Of a stretch of DNA of 64,000 nucleotides, positions 24,668 to 38,340 are shown piece by piece. Position numbers and translations under genes: made by a program. Under the pieces are notes generated by a model that saw only the letters and a list, made by a program, of their open reading frames with translations, was not told the origin of the DNA and did not search any database. Every line of letters begins with the position of its first letter. The first letter of the stretch is position 1. Source of the stretch: Mobula hypostoma. Taxonomy: Eukaryota. The stretch spans positions 17,052,001 to 17,116,000 of the forward strand of contig NC_086118.1 of NCBI RefSeq assembly GCF_963921235.1, read 5' to 3'.

Positions 24668-27600
24668 ATGCAAACTGAATTGGTAAAAATAATTTCCTAT
24701 AATGTTAATGGGGTTTTGAATCCAATTAAAAGAAATAAGATTATGTCTAAATTGAAAAAAGAGAGGGCACAAATAGCTTTCCTCCAGGAAACACATATGA
24801 GCCAATCTGAACATGGAAAATTAAAAAGAATGGGCTTTAAGCATGTATTTTATTCATCATATAAATTGAGTCACAAAAGAGGGGTAGCTACTTTAATATC
24901 AAGTACTCTTAATTATGAACATATTTCAGAGACTAAAGACAAAGAAGGACGGTTTGCAAAAATCACAGGAAGAACAGAAGGTACAGAAATAACATTGCTG
25001 AATGTTTATGCTCCTCCAGGTTGTGAATGGTCATTTTATAGACACATTTTTGACCTTATGGTCAGTTCTCAAGCGGTAGTAATTTGTGGAGGGGATTTTA
25101 ATATTAGATTAAATCCTGTATTAGATTCTTCAAGAATAGTTACTCAGAATAAACCTCTGACTCGGAAAATGAATTCATTGATGGAGGAGTTGGGAATTAT
25201 AGGTGTCTGGAGGGAATTACACCCTACCAGTAAAGATTATACACATTACTCTTTCCCTCATTCAGCCTATTCAAGGATAGACTATTTCTTTATCTTTAAT
25301 ACAGATAGGATAAAAAACTGTAATATTGCAACAATTGATCTGTCGGATCATAGCCCAGTCTCTATGTCTCTAATCCTGGAAAGGAAAATGACGAAAACTC
25401 TATGGAGGCTAAACTCACATATACTCAATAACCCGAAAGTAATGGAGAGATTAAGGGGAGAAATCAAAGAATATCTAGACCTTAATGACACGGGAGAAAC
25501 ATCACCAGTGATCTTATGGGATACATGGAAAGCTGTACTGAGAGGGAAAATTATTTCCATTACCACTCACATGAAAAAAATCAATGCACAAAAATTAGCA
25601 GACCTTCAAGAAAAATTAAAACAACTTCAAGTTGTAGATAGCGACAAAAGTAATTCAAATCGAAAACAGGAAATTAGGAAATTGCAAAGTGAAATTGACG
25701 ATATTTATACGTTGGAAACTCAAAGAAATTTTCTTTACCTGAGACAAAAGAATTATGAAGCAGGAGGTAAATCAGCTAGATTATTAGCATATAAATTACA
25801 AAAACAACAAGCAGACAATACAATTCATAAAATAAAGAATCCAAAGACAAAGCTTGTGGAGAGTGCAATAGGGAAAATTCAAGAGAGTTTTGAAACATAT
25901 TATCGAGAGCTGTACTCCCAACCCCGGGCCCCCAATGAGCCCTATACAGACAGTGTATTGAATTTTTTAGATCTACCTAAACTTACAGATTTACAAAATG
26001 AAAGTTTATTAGAACCAGTAACTGTCAAAGAACTGAACGTGGCCATCTCTAGGTTAAAGGCTGGAAAGTCCCCAGGTTCTGATGGGTTTACCTCAGAGTG
26101 GTACAAGTCCCTGAAGACACAGTTAGCCCCATTACTACTTAACACCTTTAATTGGATCTTGCAGAGAGGAGAAACTCCACCTTCCTGGAGAGAAGCGATT
26201 ATTTCAGTTATTCCTAAAGAGGGTAAAGATAAACTAGTATGTGGCAATTATTGGCCAATTAGCATTCTTAATTTAGATGACAAACTATTTACATCTACAT
26301 TAGCGCGTAGATTGGAAAAGCTTTTACCTGGCCTAATCCACTTAGACCAGACTGGATTTATTCAACAAAGACAACACAGGACAACATAAGGAGAACTCTG
26401 CACATATTAGAACAGGTTAATAAGAACGAGACAGAGACAATGGTAGTAGGATTGGATGCTGAGAAAGCTTTTGATTCGATTAGTTGGGCATTCCTATACA
26501 GAGTGTTAGGAAGATTCAGCTTTCAAGAAAAGTTTATTAAAGTAATTCAGACTCTATATGACAGCCCTACAGCCCGAATTAAGATAAATGGGGACCTCTC
26601 TGACTCCTTTATCTTAGAGAGAGACACTAGACAGGGATGCCCAATTTCTCCTCTCCTTTTTGCACCATATATTGAACCGCTTGCCCAACTAATAAGACAG
26701 AGCGAAATCGTAAAAGTTATCAAGGTGGCAGGGATCGAACAGAAAGTGGCGTTATTCGCAGATGATCTTTTGGTCTACCTGAGTGAACCAGAAAAATCAT
26801 TTATAGGATTGTTTACACTGTTGGATGACTTTGGGAAAATATCAGGTTATAAAATAAATGTAAAGAAAACTCAGGTTATGTCCCTAAATTATACACCATC
26901 CAAAAAATTGCAGGATACATACAATCTTGAGTGACATAGTTAATTCAGAAACAAAGGTTCTGAACTTAAAGAGGGGTAACTTTGAAGGTATGAGACGTGA
27001 ATTAGCTAAGATAGACTGGCAAATGACACTTAAAGGATTGACGGTGGATATGCAATGGCAAGCATTTAAAGGTTGCATGGATGAACTACAACAATTGTTC
27101 ATCCCAGTTTGACAAAAAAATAAATCAAGGAAGGTAGTGCACCCGTGGCTGACAAGAGAAATTAGGGATAGTATCAATTCCAAAGGAGAAGCATACAAAT
27201 TAGCCAGAGAAAGTGGCTCAATTGAGGACTGGGAGAAATTCAGAGTTCAGCAGAGGAGGACAAAGGGCTTAATTAGGAAGGGGAAAAAAGATTATGAGAG
27301 AAAACTGGCAGGGAACATAAAAACGGACTGTAAAAGCTTTTATAGATATGTAAAAAGGAAAAGACTGGTAAAGACAAATGTAGGTCCCCTGCAGACAGAA
27401 ACAGGTGAATTGATTATGGGGAGCAAGGACATGGCAGACCAATTGAATAATTACTTTGGTTCTGTCTTCACTAAGGAGGACGTAAATAATCTTCCAGAAA
27501 TAGTAAGGGACAGAGGGTCCAGAGATGGAGGAACTGAGTGAAATACATGTTAGTAGGGAAGTGGTGTTAGGTAAATTGAAGGGATTGAAGGCAGATAAAT

Positions 27601-30600
27601 CCCCAGGGCCAGATGGTCTGCATCCTAGAGTGCTTAAGGAAGTAGCCCAAGAAATAGTGGTTGCATTAGTGATAATTTTTCAAAACTCATTAGATTCTGG
27701 ACTAGTTCCTGAGGATTGGAGGGTGGCTAATGTAACTCCACTTTTTAAAAAAGGAGGGAGAGAGAAACCGGGGAATTATAGACCCGTTAGCCTAACGTTG
27801 GTGGTGGGGAAACTGCTGGAGTCAGTTATCAAGGATGTGATAACAGCACATTTGGAAAGCGGTGAAATGATCGGACAAAGTCAGCATGGATTTGTGAAAG
27901 GAAAATCATGTCTGACGAATCTCATAGAATTTTTTGAGGATGTAACTAGTAGAGTGGATAGGGGAGAACCAGTGGATGTGGTATATTTGGATTTTCAAAA
28001 GGCTTTTGACAAGGTCCCACACAGGAGATTAGTGTGCAAACTTAAAGCACACGGTATTGGGGGTAAGGTATTGGTGTGGGTGGAGAATTGGTTAGCAAAC
28101 AGGAAGCAAAGAGTGGGAATAAACGGGACCTTTTCAGAATGGCAGGCGGTGACTAGTGGGGTACCGCAAGGCTCAGTGCTGGGACCCCAGTTGTTTACAA
28201 TATATTTTAATGACTTGGATGAGGGAATTAAATGCAGCATCTCCAAGTTTGCAGATGACACGAAGCTGGGTGGCAGTGTTAGCTGTGAGGAGGATGCTGA
28301 GAGGATGCAGGGTGACTTGGATAGGTTGGGTGAGTGGGCAAATTCATGGCAGATGCAATTTAATGTGGATAAATGTGAAGTTATCCACTTTGGTGGCAAA
28401 AATAGGAAAACAGATTATTATCTGAATGGTGGCCGATTAGGAAAAGGGGAGGTGCAACGAGACCTGGGTGTCATTATACACCAGTCATTGAAAGTGGGCA
28501 TGCAGGTACAGCAGGCGGTGAAAAAGGCAAACGGTATGCTGGCATTTATAGCGAGAGGATTCGAGTACAGGAGCAGGGAGGTACTACTGCAGTTGTACAA
28601 GGCTTTGGTGAGACCACACCTGGAGTATTGTGTGCAGTTTTGGTCCCCTAATCTGAGGAAAGACATCCTTGCCATAGAGGGAGTACAAAGAAGGTTCACC
28701 AGATTGATTCCTGGGATGGCAGGACTCTCATATGAAGAAAGACTGGATGAACTGGGCTTGTACTCATTGGAATTTAGAAGATTGAGGGGGGATCTGATTG
28801 AAACGTATAAGATCCTAAAAGGATTGGACAGGCTAGATGCAGGAAGATTGTTCCCGATGTTGGGGAAGTCCAGAATGAGGGGCCACAGTTTGAGGATAAA
28901 GGGGAAGCCTTTTAGGACCGAGATTAGGAAAAACTTCTTCACAAAGAGAGTGCTGAATCTGTGGAATTCTCTGCCACAGGAATCAGTTGAGGCCAGTTCA
29001 TTGGCTATATTTAAGAGGGAGTTAGATATGGCCCTTGTGGCTATGGGGGTCAGGGGGTATGGAGGGAAGGCTGGGGCGGTGTTCTGAGTTGGAGGATCAG
29101 CCATGATCATAATAAATGGTAGTGCAGGCTCGAAGGGCTGAATGGCCTACTCCTGCACCTATTTTCTATGTTTCTATGTTTCTATGATCTTAAGTGGGAA
29201 GCTAAATCATTAAAATATTTAGGAATAACCCTGCCGAAGGATCTTTCAACACTGTCACAGGTAAATTAGGGGCCATTAATCTCAGAGATAAAAGCAGATA
29301 TGCATAGATGGAATCTTATCTCCTTTTTAAGTTTAAATTCAAGGATAAATACTATAAAAATGAATATTCTTCCTCAGTTATTGTATCTTTTCTGTACTTT
29401 ACCGGTGGAGGTGGATGATAATCAATTCAGGGAATGGGACAAATAGATTTCCCGCTTCATTTGGCAAGGGAAGAAACCTAGAATTCGATATAACACCTTA
29501 CAGTTAGGGAAGGAAGGAGGAGGTATGGTTCTTCCTTGCCTGAGAAATTATCTTTATGCCTCACAGATAACCCCTCTGTTATATTGGTGTAATAGGGAAT
29601 ATAAGGCTAGATGGAAGGAAATAGAATTTGGATTAGTTGACAGTTTTCCTCTACAGGCCTCAATAGCTGACAAAGGATTGATGGCCCAGTTGGAAAAATT
29701 TTAAAACAGTTGGATAAGTCTTACAGTAAAAGTATGGCAGAAGGTGGTTAATTCATGTGGAATTAATAACATGTTAAAACTCTTTAGATGGTGTGCATAT
29801 GATACCAAATTCCTTCCCAACAGAGGAGATAAAAGATTTGAGATATGGATAAAGAAAGGTCTTACAACCTACCTCTCATTTATAGATAAAAGGTATTACA
29901 AAGTTTCCAAATCCTGCAGGACAAACACGGCCTGGAACATATGACTTTTTTAGGTACCTTCAAGTACGAAACTATGTTAACCAGAGTTGTAGATATACAG
30001 ACCTATCAACAGTAGAATTAGAATTTTTCAGGATTCTGAATTCGGCTTGCAGTTCAATACCTAGTAAATCAGTTTCTCGAGTATATAATGCACTCTCCCA
30101 TGCTAAAAATGTAAATACACTGTATATTAAAGAGAAGTGGGAGAAAGAAGCGGGGTTGGTACTTTCAGAGGAGGCTTGGGGGAAAATTTGCAGCTTTCAG
30201 TGGTCCTCGACTAATTCTTTGACTTGGAGAGAACATTGTTGGAAAAACATTATAAGATACTTCAAGACCTCATATCAGGAAAAATATAAAGATACAAACG
30301 TGACGTGTTGGAGAAGGTGCGGCTCCAAGGAGGCAAATCATTTTCATATTTTCTGGGATTGCCCTAAATTAAGTCTATATTGGGAAGGTATTCATAGAAC
30401 ATTAGTTAAGGTACTTGGGTCCCAGATACCTCCGAACTTTGAGACGCTCTATTTGGGGCATGTATTGTTTCTTGAACAGAAGGAAGATATAAAGTTGCTG
30501 CAGGCCCTCTTAGCGGCAAGTAAGAAATCAATCACTAGAAAGTGGCTAAATCCAATACCACCTACATTAGAAGATTGGCACGAAATTATCTTGGAAATAT

Positions 30601-30695
30601 TTAAAATGGAAAAGTTGACTTATTCCCTGAGAATTCAAAAAGAAAAAATTTATCAAATCTGGAATAAATGGATTGAATATATAACCGCAATGTGA
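24668..30695 (+). pseudogene. L1 ORF2 (APE endonuclease, RT, CCHC), disrupted
   Basis: SYNVNG, FLQETH, GGDFN, SRIDY, SDH; LDAEKAFD, RQGCPISP, FADD; CWRRC..HIFWDC. Broken by a frameshift near 26380, the CR1 insertion and stops after 29190. Confidence 0.92.
26929..29186 (+). mobile_element. Young CR1 LINE, 5'-truncated (copy 3), nested in L1 ORF2
   Basis: 520-aa open RT (27525-29087); (TTCTATGT)n tail; TSD ATCTT at 26924-26928 and 29187-29191; removal restores L1 TYNLKWE. Confidence 0.97.
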
Positions 30696-33044
30696 GCAGA
30701 CTTTAGATGACTCTCCTAATGATTTATACTGCTCTTCTCATCAACACAGTAATATTGCTAACGTCAGCACCCCTAGTCTAAATGTCTTTTTTTTTGTTTT
30801 CTTTTGGAAAATAGAGAACTAACACAAGTAAAGGGAAAGATCTGGGAAAGGGATAAAAGATGAAAAAATTAAGTAAATAAGTACATAGGGATTGGATAAT
30901 TATGTCTGCGGGCAGGAGCAAGCATGAACAAATTAGGATATAAACACCAACAATGGTTGTTACATAGGCTTATATACAACATTTTGGACCAGCGGAAATG
31001 GTCCAGAAGAGTTATATGGAAAGTATTATTATCATTATTCTTAACAACTAATACCATTACTTAGCCTAATAGATTAGAATTACCACAGTACATAATTCTC
31101 TATTTAAGTGTCAAATTTCCTTTTATATCATGTCAATGTGTACTTAAGAATGTATAAATAATTATAGTTTTATACATATAAAAAAATGGAAAAGGTTATA
31201 TGTGTGAAAAAGTACATGATATTTGTGAATTCCTTATCCAAATAAAAATAAAATTTAAAAAAAAAGAAATGGATGCTTGTTTCACTGGAGCAGATAATTT
31301 CCATTGCCCTAAAATGTATGGCACTAGACTATGTAGCTTACCACAGTGCAAACTCTGACAGATTTGTGTCTGACATTAACTCTAGAACAGGAGCAGAAGA
31401 TCCAAATTATTTATTGTTTTCTTGTGGGCCAAGTAGACCTGAAAACCACCTGAAGGCACACAGGATAATTTTGGGTTTCCACTGACCAGATATCCTTTCC
31501 TTCCTCCACATACAACAAATAATACCATTACTCAATTGTCGAAAGCTTTCTTTTGTGTGTTTTCTACCATCAAAAGCTTCTGCTCATCCATTTGCTAAGG
31601 ATTTCAAAGGGAGACTTTTACAGAACAAATCTCTTTGAACTTATACTTTGGAAGACCAAGCCAAATTTACAATCCAGTTGTAAAACACAGGTATACAAAT
31701 ATGGAAGGAGCACAAGTTTATAACTTCTGCATCTTACTTAAAAAAACAAAAATAAAGATATCCTTCGAAAACATTTTGATATCCATAGAAAGGAAAACAT
31801 CTTCTTGTGAACTGTTCCAAAATTTACCCAATAATCATAATAATACCTTGCCCAAAAATAATTACTTAAACACACATTTTCCCAAACTGAGTTTCTGGCT
31901 TTTTAAAAGAGTTCTTCTCATCTCCTTTTCCTCCTCTTAGACCATGTCTCAGGATAGATGATACTTGTATTGATTCTAGAGCCAAGGCTCCTAAAGCTGA
32001 TTTGTTCGAAGTAGGATCCATAGATTCCACCAAAGATGTGGCAGCAGCAACTTAGTGGGGGTGGATGAATGGGCAGATTTGGAAGTAAGGCACTCTTTAT
32101 ATTACTGTGAAAAGCTCCATTCCTTCCACCTCAGACTCCAGAGGGCTGGGCTTCTGTGTGTTCCTAACTAGGGATGCTCAGTGCCATATTGAATATTCTT
32201 AATTTTGAGCTGTCATTCACCAGGGATTCTCACAAGTTGGTAGCTACGTAACACTTCATGAAGGAGGCTATAAAAATGCTCTTGGATCACTTCCTTCATT
32301 TCCCTTGGTAATCCTAAGCACAGCAGAGCTTTGAGTACATCATGTGCTTTGGAAGTCTGGTGTTGTGCAAAGAAATGACATGGCTTGCCTATCGAACTGA
32401 CAGAGTATAGCTAAGGCCTCAGTGCCTGGAATGTCTTGGGAGAAGATGCCACTGAAATTGGAGAATTCTGTTGTACCTTTTCAGTGCTTGTTATAGGCAG
32501 CCCAAGTCCCAGAAACATACAGGGCAAGAAACTCTGCTCTCAGTGCAATATACCAGTGATCACTGTTTTTCAGTTAGCCTATAACCTTTGCAGTCTCTTG
32601 TGGCCCAGATAATCTGCTCATGTCAAAGTTGAGAGATTCTTCATAGTGTTCCTGTCAACGATCCCTCTCCTTCATAAGTTAGTGTTGTGCTGAACTCAAG
32701 GTTTGGTCGTTTTGTGTCTCTCCAGAAATCTGACTGAGGATTGCCTGACCCTGTGCTCAAATAATATCTCCACGTCAGGTGCACATGGTATGGCATCATT
32801 CTCATATGGTTATGGAAGGTCATTACATAATCATTTATAGAATGTCTAACTGCCAATCTCATGGAAAAAATGCACATTAGTAGCTATGAAATCAAAATAC
32901 AAGGTAACACTTACGAACTCTGATTTATTGCAACACCAGCACGAAAGAGCAGCTTTTTCAGAAAAAGGTACCAAGAGGAAATCCACACAGTGGTTTAACT
33001 GCAACAAGACCTGCAAGTCACAGAATCCCTGGAATGCAGGAAGA

Positions 33045-33695
33045 CGAGGGGAGATTCTTATAGAGCTCTACAACATTATGAGGGGTATAGATAGGGTGAA
33101 TGGATGCAATCTTTCTCCCCACACGTTGGGCGATAGATACTAAACAAGAGGTCATAGGTTTAGGGTGAAAGGTGGAATATTCAAGAGGAATGTGAGGGGA
33201 AACTTCTTCACTCAGAGGTGCGAGTGTGGAATGAGCTGCCAGCAGAAGTGATAGATGCAGGTGGAACTGTAACATTTAAGAGAAATTTGGATAGATACAG
33301 TACATAGGTGGGCAGAGTTTGGAGGGATATGGTCTGGGTGCAGGTAGACGAGACTAGTAGATCAGGTCAGCATGGACTGGATGGCCCTCAAGGGGTAGCT
33401 TCAGTGCTGTAGTACTTTATGACTCTATTTATTTTGTATAGTTTTAATAATTAGTTTTATTAGCCAAAGAGTAGTGAATCTGTAGAATGCTCTGCCACAG
33501 ACAGCTGTGGAGCCAAGTCTGTGGGTATATTTAAAGCAAAAGTTGATAGCTTCCTGATTGGTCAGGGCATCAAAGGTTATGGAGAGAAGGCAGGTGTATG
33601 GGGTTTACTGGGATCTGGGATCAGCCATGATGGAATGGTGGAGCAGACTCGATGGGCTGAATGGCCCACTTCTGCTCTACGTATTATAGTCTAGT
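33045..33695 (+). mobile_element. Two adjacent old CR1 3' fragments (about 33045-33428 and 33460-33695)
   Basis: GEILIELYNIMRGIDRV, acaagaggtcatagg, aacttcttcactcagagg; second piece gtgaatctgtagaatgctctgccacag...cagccatgatggaatgg. Confidence 0.75.
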
Positions 33696-33832
33696 TATGC
33701 AGCCTTAATGTGCACATGTACCGATGGTCAGTGAGGTGAAGATGTTGTTAATAATTCTTACTGGTTGATATCTGCTGAATGCACAAATGGAAATACTAAT
33801 AGTATTTAGCAATTGATTTCTCACATTGAAAA

Positions 33833-35575
33833 GTGTGTATGGAACTGGAGGAGATAGCAGAGATACTTACTGAATACTTTGCTTCAGTTTTCACTACAGA
33901 AAAGGATCTTGACAATTGTAGGGATGACTTACAGCAGACTGAAACGCTCAAGCATATAGACATAAGAAAGAGGATGTGCTGGAGCTTTTGGAAAGCATCA
34001 AGTTGGATAAGTCTCTGGGACAAGATGAGATGTACCCCAGGCTACTGTGGGCGGTAAGGGATGAGATTGCTGAGCCTCTGGCAATAATCTTTGCATCATC
34101 AATGGGGACAGGAGAGTTTCTGGAGGATTGGAGGGTTGCAGATGTTGTTCCCTTGTTCAACAAAGGGAGTAGAGGTAGCCCAGGAAATTATAGACCAATG
34201 AGTCTTACTTCAGTGGTTGGTAAGTTGACAGAAAAAGATCCTGAGAGGCAGGATTTATGAACATTTGGAGAGGCATAAGATGATTAGGAATAGTCAGCAT
34301 GGCTTTGTCGAAGGCAGGTCTTGCCTTAGGAGCCTGATTGAATTTTTTGAGGATATGACTAAAAACATTGAAGGTAGAGCAGTAGATGTAGTGTATATGG
34401 ATTTCAGCAAGACATTTGACAAAGTACCCCATGCAAGGCTTATTGAAAAACTATGGACGCATGGGATCCAAGGGGACATTGCTTTGTGGATCCAGAATTG
34501 GCTTGCTCTCAGAAGGCAAAGAGTGTTTGTAGACGGGTCATATTCTGCATGGAGGTTGGTGACCAGCGGTGTGCCTCAGGGATCTGTTCTGGGATCCCTA
34601 CTCTTCGTGATTTTTATAAATGACCTGGGTGAGGAAGTGGAGGGATGGGTTAGTAAATGGAGGGATGGGTTAGTAAATTTGCTGATAACGCAAAGGTTGG
34701 GGGTGTTGTGGATAGTGTGAATGGCTGTCAGATGTTACAGCGGGACATCGATAGGATGTAAAACTGGGCTGAGAAGTGGCAGATGGAATTCAACTCAGTT
34801 AAGTGTGAGGTGGTTCATTATGGTAGGTCAAATATGATGGCAGAATATAGTATTAATGGTAAGACTCTTGGCAGTGTGGAGGATCAGAGGGATCTTGGGG
34901 TCTGAATCCATAGGACACTCTAAGCTGCTGCGTAGGTTGACTCTATGGTTAAGAAGGCATATGGTGCATTGGCCTTCATTAATCTTGGAATTGAATTTAG
35001 GAGCAGAGAGGTAATATTACAGCTATATAGGGCCCTGGTCAGGCCCCACTTGTAGTACTATGCTCAGTTCTGGTCACCTCAATACAGGAAGGATGTGGAA
35101 ACCATTGAAAGGGTGCAGAGGAAATTTACAAGGATGTCGCCTGGATTGGGGAGCATTCCTTATGAGAATAGGTTGACTGAACTCGGCCTATTTTCCTTGG
35201 AGCGGTGGAGGATGAGAGGTGACCTGATAGAGATGTATAAGATGATGAGAGGCATTGATCGTCTGGATAGTCAGAGGCTTTTTCTCAGGGCTGAAATGAC
35301 TAACACAAGAGGGCACAGTTGTAGGGTACTTGGAAGTAGGTACAGAGAGATGTCAGGGGTAAGTTTTTTTATGCAGGGAGCGGTGAGTGCGTGGAATGTG
35401 CTGTTGGCGATGGTGGTGGAGGTGGTTACGATAGGGTCTTTTAAGAGGCTCCTGAATACATACATGGATCTTAGAATAATAGAGGGCTATGGGTAACCCT
35501 TGGTAATTTCTAAATTAAGTACATGTTCGGCACAGCAAAGGGCCTGTATTGTGCTGTAAGTTTTCTATGTTTCTA
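33833..35575 (+). mobile_element. CR1 LINE, second subfamily, 5'-truncated and degenerate
   Basis: [41 protein letters not shown]; tail ttttctatgtttcta; 20-bp tandem duplication at 34638-34677. Confidence 0.93.
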
Positions 35576-37045
35576 TTAATTTGATTACCCAAAACCCAAA
35601 CGCTACATGATTGATCTTCTCAACCAAGCTCTTTGAAATTATTTCAATTTGTATAATGAATTTGAGCTCATGATTACCAAATTGAGATAAAGGATTTAGC
35701 AATGTGTTACACTGCTTTGTAAAACTTGCAAATAAATGCAAATCATGTCTCAGAGTTACATCATCTCTGTTTGATCTAATCTCCCATGCAATCTGTGTGT
35801 AATTTAGACATTGGTTTACTATGGGTGTTCCAGTTTTCTCCTATCTCTCAAGAACATACTGGGAAGTTAATTGGGTACTACAAAGGACAAAAGATTCAAC
35901 GGAGAATTGATGGGCAAGTGTTATAGGGAATAAGTTGCAGGGAATCACGAGGGAAAAATGAAATTGAGTGATTAAGAACTGGCATGGCCCCAATGGAGAT
36001 GAATGGGTTCTGATGTCATGTTAAGTGGAGTTACTTTATCTGTGTGAGGTCCAACAGCAAATCCATAGTTCAAAATGAAAATAACCAATTTTTGCACTGC
36101 ACTCTTGCCAGTCACATATTAATGAGTAGTGTAATGTAATTGAAAATAAGATGCAAATTACAATGATTTAGAAATATGCTCAATAATTAATCTGACAGTG
36201 TGATTATCCCATCTCCTTATCTCACTTCCATTAAGAGGTCATAGTTGAATAGGTAGTAAAAGTGTTGTGAAAAAGTAGTTGCACCTGAAAATGAAATCTT
36301 TTATTCTCTTGAACTATAAACTGTTCATCACACTTGGGAATTTTCCACACAGCTGACATGTTTTTCTCCACAGCAACTTTGGCGCAAATATTTAGGACAA
36401 GTGTTCAAGTGTTTGAATGCACCATATAATTACATAATCTATCGGTGACACTCTTGAAACAAGTTTGCAAAGTACAGAACAAACTGCAAGTGCAGCTTTA
36501 CTTATAAACCAAACTAAAACACAGAATAAAGTATACTTTAATTGTAGAGTATGAAAAAGTTTTGATAAAAGACCAACTTTTAACAAAATCAAGATATATT
36601 ATTAATTAATATTGCTGGAAATAAATTTGGGTAAATAAACTTCTGTTAAACATTTATTAAAACAATTACAAAATAAATTAATTGTATTTTAAGCATAAAG
36701 TTGCTTAACAGTAACATCTGAATATAGATTATCAGCCTTCTTCTGCAAGGCAAAGATTCAACTTGCACCAAAATTAGCCACATGTTGCAAGACAGAATTG
36801 CTTATGAGATGATGACGGTGAGACCAGAGCCAAAATCACCAGCAAGCCTCAGCTGAATTAAAACAATGAGCTGAAGGCTGAAAACAGATCAGTTGTTAGG
36901 AACTGAAATTAAATCACATACAATTTCTTAAAGAAGAGAAAATGATGGACTTTCTTTGTATTTATTCTTCCAGAAGGCATAAATACTGCTTGCAATGCAG
37001 CCATTTATTCTCAAGCCCCAAATTTCCAGAATTGAAGTTAAAATT

Positions 37046-38020
37046 AAGAATCAGAATCAGATTTAATATCACTGGCAAATGTTGTGAAATTTGTTAACTT
37101 AGTGGCAGCAGTACAATACATGACAATATAGCAAAAATAAATAAATCAATTACAGTAAGTGCAGATATATATGTATATTAAATAGTTAAATTAAAATATT
37201 TCAAAACAGAAATAATATATATTAAAAAAGTAAGGTAGTGTTCATGGGTTTAATGTCCATTTAGGAATTGGATGACAGAGGGGAAGAAGCTGTTCCTGAA
37301 TCACTGAGTGTGTGCCTTCAAGTTTCTGTACCTCCTTCCTGATGGTAACAATGAGACAAAAGCATGTCTTGCATGAGGGGGTTCCTTAATAATGGACTCC
37401 ACCTTTCTGAGACACTGCTCCTTGAAGATCTCTTGGATACTACAGAGGCTAGTACCCAAAATGGAGCTGACTAATTTTACAAGTTTCTTTAGCTTCTCTG
37501 ACCATGTGAGGTAGCTCGCCCACTCCTGTACCAGACAGCAATGTAGCCTGTCAGAATGCTCTCCACAGTACATCTGCAGAGGTTTGAGTGTTTTAGGTGA
37601 CAAGCCAATTCTCCTCAAGCTCCTATTTTCTTGCCTTCTTTTTGCTGCATCAATATGTTGGGACCAGGTTAGATCCTTAAAAGATCTTGACACCCAGGAA
37701 CTTTAAATTGCTCACTCTTTCCACTTCTAATCTCTCCATGAAGATTGGTTCGTGTTGCCTACCTTTTCTGAAGACCACAATCAGCATTTTGGTCTTACTG
37801 ATGCTGAGTGCAAGTTTGTTGCTGCAAAGCCATTCAACTAGCTTGTGTATCTCGCTCCTGTACGCCCTCTCAACTCCATCCAAGATTCTGCCAACAATGG
37901 TTATATTGTCAGCAAATTTATAGGTGGTATTTGAGCTATTCCTAGCCACACAGTCCTAGGTATATAGAGAGTAGAGCAGTGTTGATCGCCAGTGTGGAGG
38001 ATATATTATTACTAATCCAC
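37046..38020 (-). mobile_element. Rex1/Babar 3' portion
   Basis: YKFADNITIVG, LSISKTK, KFLGV, DLTWSQH, LLPSGRRYR; (tctgat)n tail. Confidence 0.85.
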
Positions 38021-38167
38021 ACAGACTGGATCAACCATATTGGTGCAGCCAGAATCACAGAGTGCCCAGATAAAGCAAAAGTGATCATTTTCCTTCATTC
38101 AAGGACACTTGTGAGTCAAATGGGATAGTGTGAGAAACAGGGTCAATTAATTTAATCTGCTTGAAGA

Positions 38168-38340
38168 AAACTGTGGGAAGGAAATGGACAGTGATGATTC
38201 AAGTCAGGGCTGGACCAGCCCTGAACATCAACTCTCTATTTTACTTCCTGGCACAGATGATGCCTGACACACTGACTTCTTCGGGCAATTTGTTTTTTGT
38301 TTAACTCCAGTTTCCAGTGTCTGTAATCCTTTGTGTCTCC
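38168..38340. repeat. Penelope pLTR-derived inverted element with central palindrome
   Basis: ctgtgggaaggaaatggacag...TCAGGGCTGG-a-CCAGCCCTGA (38204-38224)...cacagatgatgcctgac...ccagtgtctgtaatcctttgtgtctc. Confidence 0.6.

Larger units (their letters stand above)
23183..31264 (+). mobile_element. Full-length L1-clade LINE (about 5.8 kb without the nested CR1)
   Basis: 13-bp TSD AGAAATGGATGCT (23170-23182, 31265-31277); ORF1 and ORF2; AATAAA plus A-rich tail. Confidence 0.95.

Noticed and set aside
28418..29110. 230-aa antisense ORF and similar antisense ORFs repeated in all three young CR1 copies
   Set aside because: Shadow frames of the RT ORF; they recur only because the copies are near-identical.
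31941..32084. Plus-strand acceptor/donor pair
   Set aside because: No convincing open frame through the segment; likely a pseudo-exon.
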